Shown here: in pieces, positions 9,610-20,090 of the stretch | Layout: the number at the start of each line of letters is the position of its first letter | Position numbering within the stretch: the stretch's first letter is position 1 | DNA from: Desulfobacterales bacterium | GTDB lineage: Bacteria > Desulfobacterota > Desulfobacteria > Desulfobacterales > UBA2174 | Length of the DNA stretch: 64,000 bases | Assembly: GCA_963668645.2 (NCBI GenBank) | Contig: CAXXWC010000010.1 | Span: 192,001-256,000 of the forward strand | Direction of reading: 5' to 3' | Made by a program: the position numbers and the translations under genes | Notes under the pieces: model-generated | Databases searched by the model: none | What the model saw: only the letters and a program-made list of their open reading frames with translations | Told to the model about the DNA's origin: nothing

Positions 9610-10608
9610 CTATTGTCCCCCGAAAGGCCGCGGGATCGTCCAGCGGTTGATCAGCGGGGTAATGGCATTCATCAGCAGCACGGCGAACATCACCCCTTCC
9701 GGATAACCGGAAAAGATGCGGATCAACATTACCAATGCCCCGATTCCGGCGCCGAAAATCAACTTACCCCGGGGTGTCAGGGGGCTGGAGACCGGATCGG
9801 TGGCGATGAAAAAAGCGCCGAAGAACATCGCGCCACCGCAAAGATGATGCAGCACCCCCCAGGTGCCGGCCCCCAGGCCGGTGTCCAGCAATGCCAGCAG
9901 CCCCGCCGTGACCAGCATCGAAAAAGGAATCTGCCAGGAGGCGGTACGCCGCAGGCACAGATAGAGGCCGCCCACCAGGCAGGCCGCGGCGCTGATCTCT
10001 CCCAAAGATCCGTTGGCCGTGCCCCAGAACAGATCTGCCAGGTCGGTGATGATGCCCGACTGTTTGAAGGCCGTCAGTGGGGTGGCCTGGGTCATGATGT
10101 CGATGCCACTGGCCGGATCCTGGTAGCCCCCGGCGCCCAGAGCCCCGGCAAAGGCGATCATCACAAAGGCCCGGCCGACCATGGCCGGGTTGAAAAGATT
10201 CATCCCCAGCCCGCCGAAAAGGGCCTTGCCGATCCCGATGGCCACCACCGATGCGATCAGCGCACTGTACCAGGGCGCCGTGGCCGGCAGTGAAAAGGCC
10301 AGAATGGCGCCGGTGACCGCGGCCGAAGCATCCCCCAGGGAGGCCCGGCGGCCGCGCAGGGCCGCAAAGAGGGCTTCGCCGGCCATGCAGGCCCCGATGC
10401 ACAGGGCCAGTTGGCGTACCGCGTACCATTTGAACACCAGCACGGCCACGGCGGTGACCGGGACCAGGGCGATGAGTACATCGATCATCATACGCCGGGT
10501 GGTCTGGCCGGTGTCGGCCAAATGGGGCGAGGGCGCCACTTCGATTTCGGGCCTCGGCGTCGCGTCGGCCCCCTCAGGGGTGGTGGTACTCTGGTTCATG
10601 AGGTTCAA
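9610..10608 (-). CDS. rnfD: Rnf complex subunit D
   Basis: SPH, FGGLGMNLFNPAMVGRA, TQATPL, GSLGEIS, FFIATDPVS. Confidence 0.93.
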   Translation of the reverse strand: MNLMNQSTTTPEGADATPRPEIEVAPSPHLADTGQTTRRMMIDVLIALVPVTAVAVLVFKWYAVRQLALCIGACMAGEALFAALRGRRASLGDASAAVTGAILAFSLPATAPWYSALIASVVAIGIGKALFGGLGMNLFNPAMVGRAFVMIAFAGALGAGGYQDPASGIDIMTQATPLTAFKQSGIITDLADLFWGTANGSLGEISAAACLVGGLYLCLRRTASWQIPFSMLVTAGLLALLDTGLGAGTWGVLHHLCGGAMFFGAFFIATDPVSSPLTPRGKLIFGAGIGALVMLIRIFSGYPEGVMFAVLLMNAITPLINRWTIPRPFGGQ

Positions 10609-10623
10609 GATGCCGTTTTCAGG

Positions 10624-11988
10624 TTATTTTCCATTGTTTTTGACCACCATCGCCTTACCGGTGCGGATCCACTGGACCAGGGCAATCCCGGCCGGGCAGG
10701 TATAGGCGCACGAGCCGCACTCGAAGCAGGCCATGATGTTGTAGCGCCGCGCCAGGCGGATATCCTGGGCCCGGGCTGCCTGGGCCAGCTTTGCGGGCAC
10801 CAGCTTCATGGGGCAGGCTTCCACGCAACGGCCGCAGCGCACACAGGCGCTTTTCTTGCTGCGGCAGACGTCGTCTTGGGCCAGAACCGTAATCCCGCTG
10901 GTCCCTTTAGTCACCGGGGTGGCCCGATCGGCCACGGCGAAACCCATCATCGGACCGCCGCTGACGATGCGCACCGCATCGGTTTGCAGCCCGCCGCAAT
11001 AGTCGATCAGTTCTCCCACCGAAATGCCGATGGGCACCAGCAGGTTCTTGGGCTGGGCCACTCCGGCGCCGGTGACGCAGACCACCCGGTGGGTCAGGGG
11101 CAGACCGCGCACCACGGCCGCGGCCACCGCTGCCATGGTGCCCACGTTGCCGATGGCCACCCCCACATCGGCCGGCAGACCGCCCAGCGGGACCTCGCGG
11201 CCGAGCACGGATTTGATCAGGTGCTTCTCGCTGCCCTGGGGATACTTGGTCTTGAGGGCCTTGACCTGGATGCCGGTGCGCCCCACCGCCCGGCGCAGGG
11301 TCTCGAGGGCCTCGGGCTTGTTGTCCTCGACCCCGATATAGATCCGCTCGGCACCCACGGCGTAGCCAGCCAGAAACGCACCGGTGATGATGGCGTCCGG
11401 GGCCTCGCGCATCAACCGGTCGTCCGAGGTCAGGTAAGGCTCGCACTCGCAGCCGTTGACCACCAGGGTATGGATCGGCTTCTTGGTGTTAGGCGTAAGC
11501 TTGACGTGGGTCGGAAAGGCCGCTCCGCCCAGACCGACGATCCCGGCGGCGAGAATCGCATCGTGAATCTTCTGAGGATTGTAAATGCCGATACAGTCCT
11601 TGGGCCAGGCCCCGCCCAGCAGCCGATCCCATAAGGCCTGCCCCTGAATCTGATCCCCTTCGGCCTTGATGGCGATAGCCTGCATGTGCCGGCCGTTGGC
11701 CAACGTGGCCATGGCCATACGCTCGACCTTGCCGGCGATGGGCGCGTGCAGCGGCGAGGAGACGAAGGCCTGGCCCTTGCCCACCTGTTCGCCCCAGGCC
11801 ACCGCCTGGCGCGGTTTGATCACCGGGGTGCACGGCCCGCCGATATTCTGCTGCAAGGGCAGCAGCACCCGTTGGGGCGCCGGTACGACCTCGATGGCAC
11901 ACGTATTGGAAAAATGTTTGTTCTGGGGTGGGTGGATCCCGTGGGAAAATGTTCCCCGGCCCCCACCGCGCCGTGTCAACCAGCGCAT
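10624..11988 (-). CDS. rnfC: Rnf complex subunit C
   Basis: AGIVGLGGAAFPTHVK, NGCECEPYLTSD, YPQGSEK, GGPMMG, two 4Fe-4S motifs; start may extend to 12054. Confidence 0.95.
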   Translation of the reverse strand: MRWLTRRGGGRGTFSHGIHPPQNKHFSNTCAIEVVPAPQRVLLPLQQNIGGPCTPVIKPRQAVAWGEQVGKGQAFVSSPLHAPIAGKVERMAMATLANGRHMQAIAIKAEGDQIQGQALWDRLLGGAWPKDCIGIYNPQKIHDAILAAGIVGLGGAAFPTHVKLTPNTKKPIHTLVVNGCECEPYLTSDDRLMREAPDAIITGAFLAGYAVGAERIYIGVEDNKPEALETLRRAVGRTGIQVKALKTKYPQGSEKHLIKSVLGREVPLGGLPADVGVAIGNVGTMAAVAAAVVRGLPLTHRVVCVTGAGVAQPKNLLVPIGISVGELIDYCGGLQTDAVRIVSGGPMMGFAVADRATPVTKGTSGITVLAQDDVCRSKKSACVRCGRCVEACPMKLVPAKLAQAARAQDIRLARRYNIMACFECGSCAYTCPAGIALVQWIRTGKAMVVKNNGK

Positions 11989-12293
11989 CAGCGTATTCCC
12001 CCGGCCCCCGGCGTCGATCGACCGCTTCGCGTCATCGTCAACGTCTGCGATCATGGCCGAGCAAGGCCCACTTATTTGAATAAATATTTAATTTTCAAAG
12101 CGCAAACTGTGGTATCTAGAGATCAGCATGAGGCTTGTCAAGTAAAATGTCGAAATTCGGACTTCATACCCCTATGGACTTCAACTGTATTGACCTTTGG
12201 CCCCCACACGCGTTACGAGAATCTCATGCATCAAAAATCGAAGAGCTGCTGAAATAGCTCGGCCGGTACACATCCTGCAACGGGAGACGCATC

Positions 12294-13229
12294 GTGACGA
12301 AGAATAAAATCCTTGTCGCCGTGGATGGTTCGACCCACTCGCTGGAAGCAGTACGTTATGTTGCGGCGGTCCTGCCGCCGGCGACTACCCGGGTGGTGGT
12401 CGGTCACGTGACCAACGAACTGCCCGAACTGTTCAGCGACCTGGGCCAAAACCCCTTGTATCGCTCCAAGCTGCCGGCCATCAAGGGCTGGATCAACGAA
12501 GGCCGCAATGCCATCGGCCACTTCATGCAGGCGGCCCGGGATCTGCTCGAAAAAGCCGGATTCGACGGCGGGGACATCGAAACCAAGTTCCTGCCCCAGC
12601 GTCTGGGGGTCTGCCAGGATCTGATCCGCGAAAGCTACGCCGATTACAGCGCCGTGGTGGTGGGCCGGGCCGGCATGAGCCGCATCAAGGATATCATGTT
12701 CAAAAGCGCCTCGGTGCACCTGGCCAGCAAGGTGCACCACATCCCGATCATCGTGGTGGGCGGCCCGCCCATCTCCAACCGCGTGATGATCGCCTTCGAC
12801 GGCTCCCATGAAGCCATGAAAGGGGTCTCCTGGGTCGGCTCCCTGCTGGCGGCCGGCAGCAACCCCCTGGTGACCTTCAGCCTGCTGAGCAGCAAGGGGC
12901 ATTTCTGGGTTGGCGACAAAGAAATTTTCCTGCCCCTCGACGTGAAAGATCCTGAGGCGGTGGGCAAGCAGATGGTCGCCGAACACATCAAGGCGGCCCG
13001 AGACTGCCTGGTGGACAGCGGGGTGGCTGCTGGACGGATCTCCACCCGGGTGGCCCATCTGGAACGGGACAGGGCCATCGCCCTGGTGGAAACCGCCATG
13101 GGATGCGGCTACGGCACCCTGGTGGTGGGCCGCAGGGGACTGGTGAGCTTCATCGAGGCGGTTTTCGTGGGCCGTGTCAGCCAAAAAGTCTTGAAGATGG
13201 CCGACGATTTGACGGTCTGGATCGTCTGA
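12294..13229 (+). CDS. Tandem-domain universal stress protein
   Basis: KILVAVDGS and VMIAFDGS starts, VVGRAG and VVGRRG motifs. Confidence 0.85.
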   Translation: MTKNKILVAVDGSTHSLEAVRYVAAVLPPATTRVVVGHVTNELPELFSDLGQNPLYRSKLPAIKGWINEGRNAIGHFMQAARDLLEKAGFDGGDIETKFLPQRLGVCQDLIRESYADYSAVVVGRAGMSRIKDIMFKSASVHLASKVHHIPIIVVGGPPISNRVMIAFDGSHEAMKGVSWVGSLLAAGSNPLVTFSLLSSKGHFWVGDKEIFLPLDVKDPEAVGKQMVAEHIKAARDCLVDSGVAAGRISTRVAHLERDRAIALVETAMGCGYGTLVVGRRGLVSFIEAVFVGRVSQKVLKMADDLTVWIV

Positions 13230-14171
13230 TCACATCCTCAGTCTTGCAGCGTTTTCCAGAAACCAGCCATAGGTCTGCGCTATCCCCTGGGCCAGGGAGA
13301 TCCGCGCCCGCCATCCCATCGCCCCGAGCTTGGAGACATCCAGCAGCTTGCGCGGTGTGCCGTCCGGCTTGGAGCGGTCGAAAACGATCCGCCCGCTGTA
13401 GCCCACCGCCTCTTTGATCAATCCGGCCAATTCGGCGACGCTGATGTCCCGGCCGGCTCCGATGTTGACCAGGTCCGGGTGCTGCGCGTTCTCCAGCAAA
13501 AAAAGACAGGCATCGGCCATGTCATCGGCATGCAGAAACTCACGGCGTACGGTGCCGCTGCCCCAGACCGCCACTTCGGCAGCCCCCTTTTGCCTGGCCT
13601 CGTGAAAACGGCGCATCAGAGCCGGCAGCACATGGCTCCGGGTGGGGTGGAAATTGTCATGGGGCCCGTAGAGGTTGGCGGGCATGACCGGCAGGAAAAA
13701 GGTGCCGTGCTGGCGGTTGTAGGCACGGCACATCTCGATGCCGGCGATCTTGGCCACCGCGTAGGCCGCATTGGTCGGCTCCAGGGGGCCGGCGAGCAGG
13801 TGGTCCTCTTTCATCGGCTGGGGGCAAAGACGCGGGTAGATGCAAGAGGAGCCTAAAAAAAGAAGCTTTTTGACCCCCGCGGCAAAGCTGTGGTGGATCA
13901 CGTGGGTTTGAATGAGCAGATTTTCGCGAATGAAATCCGCCGGGTAGGTGGAGTTGGCCAGGATGCCGCCCACCCGGGCGGCGGCCAGCAGGACCACCTG
14001 GGGCCGCTCGGCGGTGAAAAAGGCCGCCACGGCCCCCGGGTCGCCCAGGTCCAGTTCGCCGTGGGTGCGCACGACGAGGTTGGTATAGCCACCGGCCTCG
14101 AGCCGTCGCATCAAGGCCGATCCGACCAGGCCACGATGGCCGGCCACGTAGATTTTGTCGTTTCGATTCAT
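13230..14171 (-). CDS. fcl: GDP-L-fucose synthase
   Basis: IYVAGHRGLVGSA, FLGSSCIYP, YAVAKIAG, REFLHADD, KPDGTPRKLLD. Confidence 0.95.
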   Translation of the reverse strand: MNRNDKIYVAGHRGLVGSALMRRLEAGGYTNLVVRTHGELDLGDPGAVAAFFTAERPQVVLLAAARVGGILANSTYPADFIRENLLIQTHVIHHSFAAGVKKLLFLGSSCIYPRLCPQPMKEDHLLAGPLEPTNAAYAVAKIAGIEMCRAYNRQHGTFFLPVMPANLYGPHDNFHPTRSHVLPALMRRFHEARQKGAAEVAVWGSGTVRREFLHADDMADACLFLLENAQHPDLVNIGAGRDISVAELAGLIKEAVGYSGRIVFDRSKPDGTPRKLLDVSKLGAMGWRARISLAQGIAQTYGWFLENAARLRM

Positions 14172-14260
14172 GATTCGGAAAAAATCTATGGCACCGACGC
14201 CTCCGGGTGTCAACACTGCTGAATTCGATAGGCTGGCAGGGGCTCGCGTTGAACGGCGGG

Positions 14261-16255
14261 TCAGCCCAGAAAGACGGTGAAAACGTCCCGGCGGGCGTCC
14301 ACCCGCTGGATCGTCACCTGGACCAGGTCTTCCGGATGCAGCGTCATGCCTCCGGAAAGGGGCATTTCGCATTCGAGCATGTACTCGGGGATCAGTATCA
14401 GGCAGGATGCCCGCCGGCGCTGGAGCACGATGGCTTCCAGCTTTTCGCCGATGCGCCCCTCGAGGTGTTTGAGCAGCCAGTAGCGCTGGCGGTTGCGCTG
14501 GATCAGGGCCACCTGGCCCAGCTGCTGCCCCAGGTCCTGGAGGATCCCATCGACGGCCTCGGGAGGATAGGGATCCTCGAGCCCCAGCCCGGCGCGCAAC
14601 TGCCGCTGGGTTACCAGATCGTAGTACTTGCGGATCGGGGAGGTGGCAGTGACGTAGCCTTCCAGCCCCAGGCCGACATGGGCCTGGGGCCGGTGGTCGA
14701 GAATCAGACGGCTGAGCAGCTTGCGCTGCATATGGTGCTGGAAAAGGGTGCCCTCCTCGCCCTGGTAAAGGCGCTGGCGGGGGGCCGGCTGGCCGCGGAA
14801 AACGGCCGGCATCCCCCATTCGGCCAGGATGGCGGCCATGAGCCCGTTGGCCAGGATCATCAGCTCCGAGACGATCAGGCGTGCCGGGCTTTCGCGATTG
14901 AGCCGATAAACCACCACCTCGCCGTTGCCGTTGACTGCCGCGCTGACTTCCGGCACGTTGATCTGTACCGCTCCGGCCTCGATCCGCCGGGTCCGGAAAT
15001 GGAGGGCCAGGCGCTGCAGCTGGGCCAGGTCGGCACGCTGTTCCACCAGCAGGTTGACATCGTGGTAGGTCAACTGCTCGGCGACCCGCACCCGGCTGGC
15101 CACCACCCGCCGCTCACGCACCGTCAGCGCCTCGTCGAGGGTCACCAGCAGGCTGATGGCCGGACGCAGCTGACCGGCACGCAGGCTGCAGCAATCTTCG
15201 GACAGTTGCGTCGGGAGCATGGAAATGCGCCGGTCCGGCATGTAGATCGAACTGCCGCGACGGCGTGCCGCCAGATCCAGCGGGCTCTCCTTGGGCACCC
15301 TCAGGCCCACATCGGTGATGTGTACCCCCAGGCGCCACCCGTCCCCCAGGCGCTCCAGGCTCAATGCGTCGTCGAAGTCAAGGGTCGACTGACCGTCGAT
15401 GGTGATCAGCCCCAGCCCGGTGAGGTCCTCCCTGGCTTCAAGCGCCTGCGGCGCCCTGGCCCGGTCGCGCACCCGATCGGCCTCGGCAAGCACGCCGTCC
15501 CCGAAAGCCACCGGGATTTGCCAGCGGCGCAGATCGAGGTTTTCATGCAAATCGAGAGCCCCGGCCTTGACCAGGAGCGGGAAAAGTCCGTCCACGTCGT
15601 TGACCTTGGCGCGTGCGAGCATTTCGCGTACCGACGGCGAATGCTCACTTTCCCGGCCGTGGAGCACGTAATCGAGCAGCATGACCTCGAGACCCGTCGA
15701 GGACTCCACCGCCGGCGGTGGTATCGGACCGGCACTGCGTTCCAGGCGGTTCAACCACTCGGCCCCGGCCCCGATCACCCGCTGGCAGCGGGCCGCCTCG
15801 GCCTCCTGGGCCTGGCGATGGGCCACCAGATCCGGCGCGATGGGCAGGAAACGGTTCTGGTCGAAACGGAAATAAAGCCGATTGCTGAAAAGCGCCCGGG
15901 CCACGGCCGCGGACTGATCCGGGTCGGCACCGTCCGGAAAGCAGAGGTCGGCCATGGTGGGCAGATCGATCCATTCGGCCTCTTCGTTGAGCACTTCCCA
16001 GAGGCCGTGGACATCGATGGTGGCGGCCAGGGTTCGCCGCCGTTCGGCCAGGGTCTGCAACGCCTCGACCTGCCTGACGCGGCTTGCGCCCCCATTGAGG
16101 CGGGCGGTGCTGTGGTGCGCCAGGCGGGCCGGGCTGAGTTTGACCTCGCGGTTGTGCTCGGTGAGCACCCGCAACCGCTCTTTCTTGACTTCGAGCACCA
16201 GCGCGCACATGATGCGTTGTTTATCGATGAATTCGACGACCTGACCGATTTCCAT
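14261..16255 (-). CDS. Ribonuclease II/R (RNB domain) family exoribonuclease
   Basis: ITIDGQSTLDFDDALS, HITDV, ELMILAN, TSPIRKYYDL, C-terminal S1-like domain; start set at MEIGQ. Confidence 0.9.
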   Translation of the reverse strand: MEIGQVVEFIDKQRIMCALVLEVKKERLRVLTEHNREVKLSPARLAHHSTARLNGGASRVRQVEALQTLAERRRTLAATIDVHGLWEVLNEEAEWIDLPTMADLCFPDGADPDQSAAVARALFSNRLYFRFDQNRFLPIAPDLVAHRQAQEAEAARCQRVIGAGAEWLNRLERSAGPIPPPAVESSTGLEVMLLDYVLHGRESEHSPSVREMLARAKVNDVDGLFPLLVKAGALDLHENLDLRRWQIPVAFGDGVLAEADRVRDRARAPQALEAREDLTGLGLITIDGQSTLDFDDALSLERLGDGWRLGVHITDVGLRVPKESPLDLAARRRGSSIYMPDRRISMLPTQLSEDCCSLRAGQLRPAISLLVTLDEALTVRERRVVASRVRVAEQLTYHDVNLLVEQRADLAQLQRLALHFRTRRIEAGAVQINVPEVSAAVNGNGEVVVYRLNRESPARLIVSELMILANGLMAAILAEWGMPAVFRGQPAPRQRLYQGEEGTLFQHHMQRKLLSRLILDHRPQAHVGLGLEGYVTATSPIRKYYDLVTQRQLRAGLGLEDPYPPEAVDGILQDLGQQLGQVALIQRNRQRYWLLKHLEGRIGEKLEAIVLQRRRASCLILIPEYMLECEMPLSGGMTLHPEDLVQVTIQRVDARRDVFTVFLG

Positions 16256-16321
16256 GACCGGGGATGGTAGCATGGCGAAACGTGAAGCGTCAAAGCGCAA
16301 AATCGGACCAAGGAGCCCCGG

Positions 16322-18064
16322 ATGACCCTTGGACCCTTCGATCTGCTGCGCCCTTATTTGCGCGCCCACCGGCTGACCATCGCCGCCGGAGTGCTCTGCC
16401 TGGTGGTGGTCGATTTTCTCCAGCTGTGGATTCCCCGGGTGGTCAAATGGGCCGTGGACGACCTGACCGGCGGCCGGCCCGAGACCGGCCTGGGCACTTA
16501 TGCCCTCCAGATCGTGGCCCTGGCAGCCGGCATCGGTATTTTTCGCTATGTATGGCGGCGCTGTTTGATCGGCACCTCGCGTAAGGTGGAAAGAGGGCTG
16601 CGCCAACAGCTCTTCGACCACCTGCAGCGGCTCGAACCGGCCTACTTCGACCGCCACGCCACCGGAGACCTGATGGCCCATGCCACCAACGACATCAACC
16701 ACGTGCGCATGGCCACCGGGATGGGCATGGTGGCCCTGACCGACGCCCTGGTCCTGGGCACGGCCGCCATCGGATTCATGCTCTACATCGATTTGCGTCT
16801 CACCCTGCTGTTTCTTTTGCCCATGCCGATGATCGTGCTGGGCACCCGGCTCTTCAGCCGCCGGATGCATCGGCGCTACCAGCGGGTGCAGGCGGCCTTC
16901 GCCGCCCTGACCGAAACGGTGCGCGAGCATTTGAGCGGCATCCGCGTGGTCAAGGCCTACACCATGGTCGATCAGGCCGCAGAGCGCATCGAGACCGCTT
17001 CGGCGGCCTATGTGGATCGCAATCTCGCCCTGGTGCGCATCACCGGGACCTTCTTTCCCATGATGGTCCTTTTTTCCAACCTCAGCCTGGCCCTGGTGCT
17101 CTTTTTGGGCGGCCGGGCCGCTGCCGCGGGCCGGATCACGGCCGGTGATTTCGTCGCTTTTATCAGCTACATCGGACTGATCACCTGGCCCATGATGGCC
17201 CTGGGCTGGGTGATGAACCTGATCCAGCGCGGCAAGGCCTCCCTCGAACGGCTGGCGGCCATTCTCAACACGGCCCCGGCCATCGCCGACGGCCCCCAGG
17301 CCCGGGCGTTGGAAGGCCCCGCAAAGCAGATCGTCTTCGACAAGGTCAACATGGCCTATGACGGCAGGGCCCCAGCCCTGGTCGGCATCGATCTGGACCT
17401 TGAGGCCGGGCGCAGCTACGGCATTGTGGGACCTCCGGGCGGGGGCAAAACCACCCTGATACGCCTGATCGGGCGGCTTTACGAACCGGCAAACGGGCAA
17501 ATCCGCTTGAACGCAATCCCCCTGGCCCGGATCCGGCTGGCCGACCTGCGCCGGCAGATCGCCTATGTGCCCCAGGAGCCGTTCATTTTCGCCGGCACGC
17601 TGGGCGACAACATCACCATGGGCGAAGCTGTGGCCCCTGAACGGATGAAGACGATTTTGGAGGATGCGTCCCTGGACCGGATGGTGGCCGAACTGCCTGA
17701 AGGGCTGGATACCGTGGTGGGCGAACGGGGAATCATGCTCTCCGGGGGCCAGAAGCAGCGCGTGGCCCTGGCCCGGGCCCTGCTTAGCGACCGGCCCGTG
17801 CTCCTGCTCGACGATCCCATCAGCCAGCTCGATACGGTCACCGGCCGGAAAGTGATCGAAGCCTTGCGCCGGCGGTCCGCCGGTCGCCTGATGGTCATCG
17901 TCAGCCACCGCATGGCCGCCGTCGAGTGGGCCGACCGGATCCTGGTCCTGGAAAACGGACGGATCAGCGCCCAGGGAGATCCGGCTGCGGTCCAGGCCCG
18001 CAGTGACTATTACCGGGCCGCCTGCCGCTTGCAGGCCCTGGAGGACAACGGCCGTGCGAACTGA
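16322..18064 (+). CDS. ABC exporter, fused permease/ATPase (MdlA/YheI-like half)
   Basis: TM domain, GPPGGGKT, LSGGQKQR, degenerate Walker B LLLDD. Confidence 0.9.
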   Translation: MTLGPFDLLRPYLRAHRLTIAAGVLCLVVVDFLQLWIPRVVKWAVDDLTGGRPETGLGTYALQIVALAAGIGIFRYVWRRCLIGTSRKVERGLRQQLFDHLQRLEPAYFDRHATGDLMAHATNDINHVRMATGMGMVALTDALVLGTAAIGFMLYIDLRLTLLFLLPMPMIVLGTRLFSRRMHRRYQRVQAAFAALTETVREHLSGIRVVKAYTMVDQAAERIETASAAYVDRNLALVRITGTFFPMMVLFSNLSLALVLFLGGRAAAAGRITAGDFVAFISYIGLITWPMMALGWVMNLIQRGKASLERLAAILNTAPAIADGPQARALEGPAKQIVFDKVNMAYDGRAPALVGIDLDLEAGRSYGIVGPPGGGKTTLIRLIGRLYEPANGQIRLNAIPLARIRLADLRRQIAYVPQEPFIFAGTLGDNITMGEAVAPERMKTILEDASLDRMVAELPEGLDTVVGERGIMLSGGQKQRVALARALLSDRPVLLLDDPISQLDTVTGRKVIEALRRRSAGRLMVIVSHRMAAVEWADRILVLENGRISAQGDPAAVQARSDYYRAACRLQALEDNGRAN

Positions 18065-19871
18065 CTACGGCTACGCCGAAGAACAGCGCCTGGGGCGGCC
18101 CTACGACCTGAAACTGCTCGCCCGCCTGATCCCCTTCGTGCGCCCGTACGGGGGGATGCTGGTCCTGGCCGTAATCCTGGTCCTGGCCATCACGGTGCTG
18201 GAGCTGGCCCTGCCCTATGTGACCAAGGTGGCGGTGGACCGCTACATCGTGCCCCAGGCGGCCTCGGGAGCCTCGCCGGTACCGGCCATGGCCGAACGGA
18301 TGGCCGGAATCGGATGGATGACGGCCCTCTTTTTGTTTCTGGCAACGGCCAACTTCGCCGCCACCTTCGTTCAGGTCCAGTTGATGGAAGCCATCGGCCA
18401 AAAGGCCATGCACGCGTTGCGGCTCGACCTGCTGCGCCACATCCTCGATATGCCGGTGGCCTTTTTCGACCGCCAGCCGGTGGCACGCCTGGTGACCCGC
18501 ACCACCAACGACACCCAGAACCTGCACGAGCTGTTCACCTCGGTAATCGCCTTCATCTTCCAGGACCTGTTTCTCATGGCGGGCATCGCCACGGTTCTGG
18601 TGTGGCTCGATGCGCGTCTGGCCCTGATCTCGTTTGCCGTGCTGCCCCTGGTCATGGCCGCGGCCTGGCATTTTGCCCGCCGCAGCCGCAATGTCTTTCG
18701 CGACCTTACGGTGCGCCTGGCCGAGCTCAACACCCGCTTTGCCGAAACCATCGGCGGCATCTCGGTGATCCAGCTCATGGGCCGCGAAAAGGCCAATGCC
18801 GGGGCCTTCGAGACGCTCAACGACGATTATTACCGTCTGGGCATGACCCAGATCCACCTGTTCGCCGTATTCCTGCCGGTGATCGAAGTCCTGGGGTCCG
18901 CGGCCCTGGCCGTGGTGGTCTACTACGGGGGCGGCGCGGTGGTGGCCGAGCGCATCAGCCTGGGCGCTCTGGTGGCCTATATTTCCTACATGCGGATGTT
19001 TTTCCGCCCGATCCGGGACATCGCCGAAAAATACAACATCATGCAAAACGCCATGGCCAGCGCCGAGCGGATCGTCGCCATCCGCGACCAGGCGGCAACC
19101 GACGCCCCGGTGGAGCCGCACCTGCCGGCGCCGGCCTTGTCCCCGGAACCGGCGCAGATGCTCTCCATCGAGGGCGTGGTCTTCGGCTACGGTTCCGATG
19201 CCCCGGTCCTCGACGGCCTGTCACTGGAGATTTCGCGAAACCAAACCCTTGCCATCGTCGGTCCCACCGGGGCCGGCAAGACGACCTTGATCCATTTGCT
19301 CCTGCGCTTCTACGACCCCCGGCAGGGGACCATCCGTTTTCAGGGGCGGGATCTGCGCACCATGACGCCTTTCGAGCTGCGCCGCCAAATCGCCCTGGTG
19401 TCCCAGGACCCGTTTCTTTTTTCCACGTCTTTGGGCGCCAACATATTCCCTGAAGGGCTGCCGGACCCTCAGACCGTGGGGCGGATCCTGGATGCGGCCC
19501 AGTGCACCGAACTGGTGGCGCGGCTGCCCAAGGGGCTTGAAACGCCCATCGGCGAAGGGGGCCGCAGCCTATCCAGCGGCGAGCGGCAGTTGGTGGCCAT
19601 CGCCCGGGCCCTGGCCCGCAATCCGGCCCTGATCATCTTCGATGAGGCCACGGCCCATGTCGATTCGGCCACCGAGGCGCACATCCAGGCGGCCCTGGAG
19701 TACCTGACACGCCAGCGTACCGCCATCGTCATCGCCCACCGGTTGTCCACGGCCCGCAGTGCAGACCGCATCGGCGTGCTGCGGGCAGGCCGCATCGTGG
19801 AATACGGGTCCCACGAGGAACTGATGGCCGGCCGCGGCTATTACCATCAACTCAACCAACAGCAGGTTTGA
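18054..19871 (+). CDS. ABC exporter, fused permease/ATPase (MdlB/YheH-like half)
   Basis: GPTGAGKT, LSSGERQL, IFDEATA, IAHRLST; GTG start overlapping the partner gene. Confidence 0.9.
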   Translation: MRTDYGYAEEQRLGRPYDLKLLARLIPFVRPYGGMLVLAVILVLAITVLELALPYVTKVAVDRYIVPQAASGASPVPAMAERMAGIGWMTALFLFLATANFAATFVQVQLMEAIGQKAMHALRLDLLRHILDMPVAFFDRQPVARLVTRTTNDTQNLHELFTSVIAFIFQDLFLMAGIATVLVWLDARLALISFAVLPLVMAAAWHFARRSRNVFRDLTVRLAELNTRFAETIGGISVIQLMGREKANAGAFETLNDDYYRLGMTQIHLFAVFLPVIEVLGSAALAVVVYYGGGAVVAERISLGALVAYISYMRMFFRPIRDIAEKYNIMQNAMASAERIVAIRDQAATDAPVEPHLPAPALSPEPAQMLSIEGVVFGYGSDAPVLDGLSLEISRNQTLAIVGPTGAGKTTLIHLLLRFYDPRQGTIRFQGRDLRTMTPFELRRQIALVSQDPFLFSTSLGANIFPEGLPDPQTVGRILDAAQCTELVARLPKGLETPIGEGGRSLSSGERQLVAIARALARNPALIIFDEATAHVDSATEAHIQAALEYLTRQRTAIVIAHRLSTARSADRIGVLRAGRIVEYGSHEELMAGRGYYHQLNQQQV

Positions 19872-20090
19872 ACAGGGTCCCTGGATGCCGAAAAGCGCCA
19901 ACGAATATCGCTTGATAAATAAGCATTGGCGTGCTATAGGCGAATGTCTATTCTTATCAACCCGTTGGAACCTAACCGGACGTCGATTGCCCCATCGGTT
20001 CACCGTTTTTCAAGTGAATCCGGTAAAAATTGCTGTGCCCGGACGGTTCATTAAACCGCTGACACTCAACATGCAAAAGGAGGATGGAAG

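Noticed and set aside
14207..17908. Long ORFs 14207-16270(+) and the upstream ~550 aa of 14261-17908(-)
   Set aside because: Antisense shadows of the RNB and ABC genes in GC-rich DNA; the RNB gene is trimmed to start at 16255
19872..20090. ZTP or THF riboswitch upstream of fhs
   Set aside because: I could not find the conserved motifs; an Rfam/Infernal scan would settle it
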